From Gottfriedia acidiceleris (GTDB taxonomy: Bacteria > Bacillota > Bacilli > Bacillales > Bacillaceae_G), in NCBI RefSeq assembly GCF_050457485.1, contig NZ_JBCMJM010000017.1:315985-339984 (forward strand): a stretch of 24,000 nt of DNA, read 5' to 3'. The translations under genes and the position numbers were made by a program. How positions within the stretch are numbered: position 1 is the stretch's first letter; the number at the start of each line of letters is the position of its first letter. The notes below the pieces were generated by a model. It ran no database searches and had not been told where the DNA came from. It saw only the letters and a list, made by a program, of their open reading frames with translations. Shown here piece after piece: positions 18,659-24,000 of the stretch.

Positions 18659-20545
18659 TTAGTTCGATATTCTTGCAATTTTTCCTTGTTCTAAATAAAC
18701 AAGTAGAATTGAAATATCTGCTGGATTAACACCAGATATACGAGAAGCTTGACCTACTGATAGAGGACGAACTTGCTCAAGCTTTTGTCTTGCCTCAGTA
18801 GCAAGGCCGTGAATAGCTTGATAATCGATATTTTCAGGGATTTTCTTTAAATCCATTCTTTTCATACGTTCTACTTGATTTAATGATTTTTCAATATAAC
18901 CTTCATACTTAATTTGTATTTCAACTTGTTCTTTAACATCTGAATGTAAGTCTTTTTCAGATGGAGCAAGAAGATGGATATGCTCATAAAGCATTTCAGG
19001 ACGACGTAAAAGATCTGCTGCACGAATGCCATCTTTCAGTTCGCTACCACCATTTTTTGCAATTAATTCCTGTACTTCTTTTGTCGGTCTTAATTGCGTT
19101 GCTTTTAAACGCTCTATTTCTTCTTCAATTAACATTTTCTTTTGTTCAAACTCTGCATATCTTTCATCATTTATTAAACCAAGTCTTTGTCCGATTTTAG
19201 TTAAACGTAAATCGGCATTATCGTGACGTAATAATAATCGATATTCTGCTCTAGAAGTAAGAAGACGGTATGGTTCATTTGTCCCTTTAGTTACTAGGTC
19301 ATCTATTAAAACACCAATGTAAGCTTCAGAGCGATCTAAAATTAACTCTTCTTTATCTAGTGAACGACATGCAGCGTTAATTCCTGCGATTAAACCTTGA
19401 CCCGCTGCTTCTTCATAACCCGAAGTTCCGTTAATTTGACCAGCAGTATACAGGTTCTTAATTTGCTTAAGTTCCAATGTTGGCCATAATTGAGTAGGTA
19501 CAATCGCATCATATTCAATTGCATATCCAGTTCTCATCATTTGAACATTTTCAAGACCTGCAATCGAACGTAGCATCTTTTCCTGTACATCTTCAGGTAA
19601 ACTAGTTGATAATCCTTGTACATAAACTTCTTGAGTATTTCTTCCTTCTGGCTCTAAGAAAATTTGATGTCTCGGTTTATCATTAAATCGGACAACTTTA
19701 TCCTCAATAGAAGGACAATAACGTGGCCCAGTACCTTTAATCATACCAGAGTACATCGGCGAACGGTGTAAGTTATCGTCGATGATCTGATGTGTAGTTT
19801 CACTTGTATATGTTAACCAACAAGGAATTTGTTCTGTTTCAACTGGTTCTGTTTCGAATGAAAATGCACGAGGTACATCATCGCCAGGTTGTATTTCAGT
19901 TTTTGAATAATCAATACTATGACTATTTACACGAGGAGGCGTACCTGTTTTAAAACGAACAAGTTCAATTCCTAATTCCTCTAAGTGCTCAGAAAGCTTA
20001 ATTGCTGGTTGTTGGTTATTAGGACCACTTGAGTATTTTAATTCTCCTACAATAATTTCTCCACGTAAGAAAGTTCCAGTTGTAATGACAACTGTTTTTG
20101 AACGATAAATTGCACCAGTTTGCGTAATTACACCTGTGCATTGTCCATCTTCTACAATTAATCTTTCTACTAATCCTTGCTTTAGTGTTAGATTCTCTGT
20201 ATTTTCAATAGTTTTCTTTAATTCATGTTGATAAGCAAATTTATCCGCTTGAGCACGCAATGCGCGTACTGCCGGACCTTTACCCGTATTTAACATTCTC
20301 ATTTGAATATGTGTTTTATCGATATTTCGACCCATTTCACCGCCAAGTGCATCAATTTCACGTACAACAATCCCCTTGGCAGGACCACCTACTGATGGGT
20401 TACAAGGCATAAATGCGACCATATCAAGATTTATTGTCAGCATTAGTGTTTTTGCACCCATTCGAGCAGATGACAAACCGGCTTCACATCCAGCATGACC
20501 AGCTCCAATAACGATTACATCATAATTGCCTGCTTCAAAACTCAT
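18659..20545 (-). CDS. mnmG: tRNA uridine-5-carboxymethylaminomethyl modification enzyme MnmG (GidA)
   Basis: I start at ATG 20545 ([22 protein letters not shown], 628 aa, the B. subtilis GidA length as I recall it), preceded by a GGAGGAG RBS. The 36-codon extension in the track would overlap the end of mnmE. Confidence 0.97.
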   Translation of the reverse strand: MSFEAGNYDVIVIGAGHAGCEAGLSSARMGAKTLMLTINLDMVAFMPCNPSVGGPAKGIVVREIDALGGEMGRNIDKTHIQMRMLNTGKGPAVRALRAQADKFAYQHELKKTIENTENLTLKQGLVERLIVEDGQCTGVITQTGAIYRSKTVVITTGTFLRGEIIVGELKYSSGPNNQQPAIKLSEHLEELGIELVRFKTGTPPRVNSHSIDYSKTEIQPGDDVPRAFSFETEPVETEQIPCWLTYTSETTHQIIDDNLHRSPMYSGMIKGTGPRYCPSIEDKVVRFNDKPRHQIFLEPEGRNTQEVYVQGLSTSLPEDVQEKMLRSIAGLENVQMMRTGYAIEYDAIVPTQLWPTLELKQIKNLYTAGQINGTSGYEEAAGQGLIAGINAACRSLDKEELILDRSEAYIGVLIDDLVTKGTNEPYRLLTSRAEYRLLLRHDNADLRLTKIGQRLGLINDERYAEFEQKKMLIEEEIERLKATQLRPTKEVQELIAKNGGSELKDGIRAADLLRRPEMLYEHIHLLAPSEKDLHSDVKEQVEIQIKYEGYIEKSLNQVERMKRMDLKKIPENIDYQAIHGLATEARQKLEQVRPLSVGQASRISGVNPADISILLVYLEQGKIARISN

Positions 20546-20565
20546 CTTTTCTCCTCCTAACCATT

Positions 20566-21942
20566 TTATTTTCCTAAACAGAATTGAGAAAATAGCTGGT
20601 TGATTAAACTTTCCTGAACTGTATCTCCAATGATTTCGCCTAACAATTCCCATGCTCTTGTTAAGTCAATCTGTACTAAGTCAATCGGCATACCATTTTT
20701 CATCGCCTCAATTGCGTCATTAATTGTCTGTTCTGATTGTTTTAATAGCGCAATATGTCTAGCATTAGATAAATATGTTAAATCTTGTGCCTCAATTTGC
20801 CCTTCAAAATATAAGTTGGCAATTGCTTTTTCTAAATCATCAATTCCTTTTTCTTCTTTTAAGGAAGTCGTAACAATTGTAGCATTACCAACTAACGCTT
20901 TTACTTCATCCATATCAAGCTTTTGTGGCAAATCTGTTTTGTTAATGATCACAATTACATCTTTACCGCTCATTTCACCAAATAATTTACGGTCTTCTTC
21001 ACTTAATTGCTCATTATTATTTAAAACAAATAAAACTAAGTCAGCCAAATTCAATACTTTTTTAGATCTTTCAACACCAATTGCTTCTACAACATCTTTA
21101 GTTTCACGAATACCGGCTGTATCAATTAGGCGTAATGGCACACCTTTTACATTTACGTATTCTTCAATAACATCACGCGTTGTACCTGGAATATCAGTAA
21201 CAATTGCTTTACTTTCTTGGACAAGTGTATTTAAAAGAGACGATTTCCCAACATTCGGTCTACCTATAATGACAGTAGATAGTCCTTCACGTAAAATTTT
21301 ACCTTGTTTTGATGTTTCTAGCAGTTTTTGTATTTCAACTCGAACTGTTTTTGCTTTTTCAATTAAAACAGTATTGGTCATTTCTTCAACATCATCATAT
21401 TCAGGATAATCAATATTTACTTCAATATGAGCTAAAATCTCAAGTAATGTTTGTCTTAAGCTATTAACTAGCTTAGACAATCGACCTTCTACTTGATTCA
21501 TCGCGATTGCCATTGCCCTGTCAGTCTTTGAACGAATTAAATCCATTACTGCTTCTGCCTGAGATAAGTCAATTCGTCCATTAAGAAATGCTCTTTTTGT
21601 AAATTCACCAGGCTCCGCTAATCTAGCCCCTTGTGATAGTACTAATTCAAGTACTTTGTTAACTGAAAAAATTCCACCGTGACAATTTATTTCGACAACA
21701 TCTTCACGTGTAAACGTTTTTGGTGCCCTTAAGATCGAGACCATAACTTCCTCAACAGTATTACCGGAACTTGGGTCAACTAAATGTCCGTAATGAATTG
21801 TGTGTGAATCTACTATATTTAAATCTTTTTCTTTAAATAATTTATTCGCTATTTGAACAGCTTCATCGCCACTTAATCGAACGATGGCAATTGCACCTTC
21901 GCCTTTTGGTGTCGAAATCGCTGTAATTGTATCGAATTCCAT
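20566..21942 (-). CDS. mnmE: tRNA modification GTPase MnmE (TrmE/ThdF)
   Basis: I start at ATG 21942 ([12 protein letters not shown], 458 aa), preceded by a GAGGTG RBS. The G-domain has [13 protein letters not shown] and NKTD motifs, and the C-terminus carries the CLGK (CxGK) motif. Confidence 0.97.
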   Translation of the reverse strand: MEFDTITAISTPKGEGAIAIVRLSGDEAVQIANKLFKEKDLNIVDSHTIHYGHLVDPSSGNTVEEVMVSILRAPKTFTREDVVEINCHGGIFSVNKVLELVLSQGARLAEPGEFTKRAFLNGRIDLSQAEAVMDLIRSKTDRAMAIAMNQVEGRLSKLVNSLRQTLLEILAHIEVNIDYPEYDDVEEMTNTVLIEKAKTVRVEIQKLLETSKQGKILREGLSTVIIGRPNVGKSSLLNTLVQESKAIVTDIPGTTRDVIEEYVNVKGVPLRLIDTAGIRETKDVVEAIGVERSKKVLNLADLVLFVLNNNEQLSEEDRKLFGEMSGKDVIVIINKTDLPQKLDMDEVKALVGNATIVTTSLKEEKGIDDLEKAIANLYFEGQIEAQDLTYLSNARHIALLKQSEQTINDAIEAMKNGMPIDLVQIDLTRAWELLGEIIGDTVQESLINQLFSQFCLGK

Positions 21943-22037
21943 CAAAAAATCACCTCGGAGCATGTTAAACAAAAGTTAACATGTTACTTCTAAATCTATA
22001 GCATAGCATAAAGAATTTTATAATTGAATGTTTTTAT

Positions 22038-22065
22038 ATTATAACCGTACGAAAGTACAAGTAAA
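22038..22065 (-). promoter_or_regulatory. Candidate sigma-A promoter of mnmE-mnmG-rsmG
   Basis: On the minus strand I read TTTACT (22065-22060), a 16-nt spacer, then a perfect TATAAT (22043-22038). This is about 95 nt upstream of the mnmE ATG. Confidence 0.45.
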
Positions 22066-22088
22066 CTTAAATGACTTGAATGAAGAAC

Positions 22089-22126
22089 ATTAAAAAACCA
22101 ATTAAGGCTTAGCCCTTAATTGGTTT
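22089..22126 (-). terminator. Rho-independent terminator of rnpA-yidC-jag, overlapping the jag stop codon
   Basis: A 13-bp perfect stem AAACCAATTAAGG/CCTTAATTGGTTT (22095-22107 pairing with 22114-22126) has a 6-nt loop and TTTTTT on the minus strand. The upstream arm on the minus strand encodes the last jag codons (KPIKG). Confidence 0.75.
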
Positions 22127-22747
22127 CTTTAAATCTATAACTAATTGACGATGCGGATCTTGTCCTACAGACCTTGTAGAGATATTCGGCATATCTGTCA
22201 GTATATGATGTATAATTTTTCTTTCGAAAGAAGGCATTGGCTCTAAAGAGATCGCTTTTCTTGTTTTTAAAACTGTTTGAGCAGTCTTTTTTGCAAGAAT
22301 TTCTAGCGATTCCTTACGTTTTAATCGATAATTCTCTGCGTCAACGACAACATGAATCAATTGTTTTGAATGACGATTTACAAATGTTTGAACTAAGAAT
22401 TGAAGAGCATTTAAAGTATTACCTCTTTTTCCAATAATAAGGGCAACCTTATCACCCTTTACTGTAAATAAGAAGGTTTGTTCTTTCGTACCTTGCAATT
22501 CGAAATTTACATCTGCAGTTTCATCAAGACTTTTAACAATATTTAAAAGGTAGTCGTATGCTTTTTCGATCAAAGTCTTCTTTTTAACAACTAATACTTT
22601 AGCAGGTTTAGCACCAAATCCTAAAAATCCTTTTTTACCGTCTTCGATTACTGTAATGTCTACGTCTTCTTCTGTTGAACTAAGTTGCTGAAGTGCTATT
22701 TGAACTGCTTGTTCGATTGTTTGACCAGTAGCAGTTACTTCTCTCAC
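22109..22747 (-). CDS. jag: RNA-binding protein Jag/KhpB (Jag-N, KH and R3H domains)
   Basis: 212 aa. The N-terminus is [22 protein letters not shown], the KH-like core contains [13 protein letters not shown], and the C-terminal R3H region contains ERKIIH. The start is GTG 22747, overlapping the yidC TGA as GTGA, with the GGAGGGG RBS inside the yidC 3' end. Confidence 0.9.
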   Translation of the reverse strand: MREVTATGQTIEQAVQIALQQLSSTEEDVDITVIEDGKKGFLGFGAKPAKVLVVKKKTLIEKAYDYLLNIVKSLDETADVNFELQGTKEQTFLFTVKGDKVALIIGKRGNTLNALQFLVQTFVNRHSKQLIHVVVDAENYRLKRKESLEILAKKTAQTVLKTRKAISLEPMPSFERKIIHHILTDMPNISTRSVGQDPHRQLVIDLKKPIKG

Positions 22748-23529
22748 TTACTAGCCCCTCCTACATTTTTATTTTTTACGGTAGTATTACCTCTATTAAC
22801 AAATAATGTTTGAAGAATCATAAATGTATTACCAACTACCCAATATAAAGCTAAAGCAGATGGAAGTCTAACAGCAAATATTAAAATCATGATTGGCATA
22901 ACATAAAGCATGATTTTCATTTGTTGAGCAGCAGGTCCTGTCATTGAACCAGTACTCATTGACACCTTTTGTTGAATGAAAGTTGTAATACCAGCGATAA
23001 TTGGTAAAGCATAAATTGGATCCGGGTGTCCTAATTGGAACCATAGGAAGTCATGTGCTTTAATTTCCATTGTTCTCATAATTGCATGATAGAAAGCAAT
23101 TAAGATTGGCATTTGAATAAAAATTGGTAAACAACCAGATAGTGGATTTACACCATGTTGTTGGTACAACTTCATTGTTTCTTCATTTAATTTTTGGACA
23201 GTTTTTTGATCTTTAGAAGAATATTTTTCTTTAAGTTTGGCCATTTCAGGCTGGATTGATTGCATCGCTTTTGTACTTTTAATTTGTTTAATCATTAATG
23301 GTAGTAATGCTAAACGGATTAAAAGTGTTACGACGATAATCGACATTCCATAACTTCCACCAAAAATTTTAGATACAGCAGTGATTAACCATGATAGTGG
23401 ATAAACGAAATACTCATTCCAAATCCCCGTACTTTCAGATGTAATCGGTTGGTTTGTTTGCGAACACCCAGCTAACACGACTACTAATAAAAGAACTGTA
23501 ACTAGCAATTGGTACTTCTTAGTCTTCAA
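22744..23529 (-). CDS. yidC: Membrane protein insertase YidC (SpoIIIJ/MisCA type lipoprotein)
   Basis: 261 aa. The lipobox is [11 protein letters not shown], followed by 5 TM segments with YidC/Oxa1 core motifs. The start is TTG (23529-23527) with AAAGGAGG 7 nt upstream. Confidence 0.93.
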   Translation of the reverse strand: MKTKKYQLLVTVLLLVVVLAGCSQTNQPITSESTGIWNEYFVYPLSWLITAVSKIFGGSYGMSIIVVTLLIRLALLPLMIKQIKSTKAMQSIQPEMAKLKEKYSSKDQKTVQKLNEETMKLYQQHGVNPLSGCLPIFIQMPILIAFYHAIMRTMEIKAHDFLWFQLGHPDPIYALPIIAGITTFIQQKVSMSTGSMTGPAAQQMKIMLYVMPIMILIFAVRLPSALALYWVVGNTFMILQTLFVNRGNTTVKNKNVGGASK

Positions 23530-23568
23530 ACTAGTTCCTCCTTTAAGAAGTTACATTTAAATATGTAA

Positions 23569-23949
23569 TTACTTAATTTGATTTTTATCTAATTTATGTT
23601 TTGAATCACGTATTTTAAGCGCTTCCGCCCTTTTCAACACATGAATTAAACTTTTTTTAAATTCATTAAAAGGTAGTTCAGTACAGGGCTTTCTTGCGAT
23701 TACAACATAATCCATACTCACACGAAGATCATCACTTAATTCAGTAAGAGCTTGTCTTATATACCGCTTAATATGATTTCTGACTACAGCATTACCTAAC
23801 TTCTTACTAACAGATAATCCTATACGAAATTGTTTTTGATCTTCCTTTTTTAATGTATAGATTACAAATTGTCGATTCGCAGTTGACGAACCCTCTTGAA
23901 AAACGCGACTAAAATCTGCATTCTTTTTTATTCTGTTTTTCTTGTTCAT
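23569..23949 (-). CDS. rnpA: Ribonuclease P protein component
   Basis: I start at ATG 23949 ([20 protein letters not shown], 126 aa). The RNR motif region is [16 protein letters not shown]. The protein is collinear with my memory of B. subtilis RnpA but has a slightly longer basic C-terminal tail. Confidence 0.93.
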   Translation of the reverse strand: MNKKNRIKKNADFSRVFQEGSSTANRQFVIYTLKKEDQKQFRIGLSVSKKLGNAVVRNHIKRYIRQALTELSDDLRVSMDYVVIARKPCTELPFNEFKKSLIHVLKRAEALKIRDSKHKLDKNQIK

Positions 23950-24000
23950 GTTCCACTGACACCTCAAATGATTCCTTCAATTATCATAACAACTTTTTTA

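Noticed and set aside
20354-20369. AATTTCACGTACAACA in mnmG as a degenerate parS
   Set aside because: It has 4 mismatches to the 16-mer, including the central GTG half. That is more than I would accept without ChIP data.
20546-20653. 36-codon N-terminal extension of mnmG overlapping the mnmE 3' end
   Set aside because: The GGAGGAG RBS and the conserved N-terminus [16 protein letters not shown] place the start at 20545. The extension would create an 88-nt gene overlap.
20630-21409. 259-aa plus-strand ORF antisense to mnmE
   Set aside because: It lies entirely inside a confidently assigned, well-conserved minus-strand gene. The translation is low-complexity and rich in Ser, Ile and Phe, which is typical of the shadow frame in AT-rich DNA. 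It has no RBS.
21700-21715. CACGTG-centred sequence in mnmE as a possible fourth parS
   Set aside because: Only the central CACGTG and a few flanking bases match. There are 6 mismatches in the 10 flanking positions.
21943-22108. DnaA-box cluster in the jag-mnmE spacer (B. subtilis has a DnaA-box cluster in this region, as I recall)
   Set aside because: I found no TTATCCACA or TGTGGATAA match with 2 or fewer mismatches in this spacer. The only near-matches in the window are isolated: AGTGGATAA at 2749-2757 inside walR and TGTGGACTA at 3496-3504. Both are at chance level.
23551-23568. TTACAT-6 nt-ATGTAA hairpin between rnpA and yidC
   Set aside because: It is a 6-bp all-A/T-rich stem with negligible stability, in a 39-nt spacer that is probably co-transcribed.
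23968-24000. Possible end of rpmH at the right edge
   Set aside because: Only 33 nt are available. No reading frame or stop can be assigned from the window.

Overview
This window is the conserved core block next to oriC in a visibly AT-rich, spore-forming Bacillales chromosome, and its gene order matches B. subtilis. Reading right to left on the minus strand: rnpA-yidC(spoIIIJ)-jag | mnmE-mnmG-rsmG-noc | soj-spo0J(parB) | yyaC (plus strand) | mscS-DUF951 | ychF | rpsF-ssb-rpsR | yybS-gdpP-rplI-dnaC(DnaB-type helicase) | purA | tRNA Lys-Glu-Asp-Phe | walR-walK-yycH (partial). I count 24 CDS, 23 of them on the minus strand, plus 4 tRNAs. rpmH/dnaA/oriC should lie just beyond coordinate 24000, so the genes run co-directionally with a fork moving from 24000 towards 1. 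Every protein is full length compared with the B. subtilis homologue as I remember it. I see no mobile element, CRISPR array, defence or toxin module, pseudogene or inserted accessory DNA. My honest conclusion is that there is no undescribed multi-gene system here. The points worth a second look are cis-elements and annotation problems. (1) There are three perfect 16-bp parS sites: inside walK, inside parB, and one in the rsmG-noc spacer embedded in a 30-bp perfect palindrome. (2) A 15-bp perfect inverted repeat brackets the yyaC/parB convergent terminator. (3) An unexplained plus-strand terminator-like hairpin lies between walR and the tRNA cluster. (4) There is a likely PurR operator on the purA promoter and an SD-sequestering rpsF leader. 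(5) The ORF track misses the edge-truncated yycH and over-extends nine N-termini, and seven genes start at TTG or GTG. All homology statements come from reading the translations and from memory of the protein families. No database search was run.
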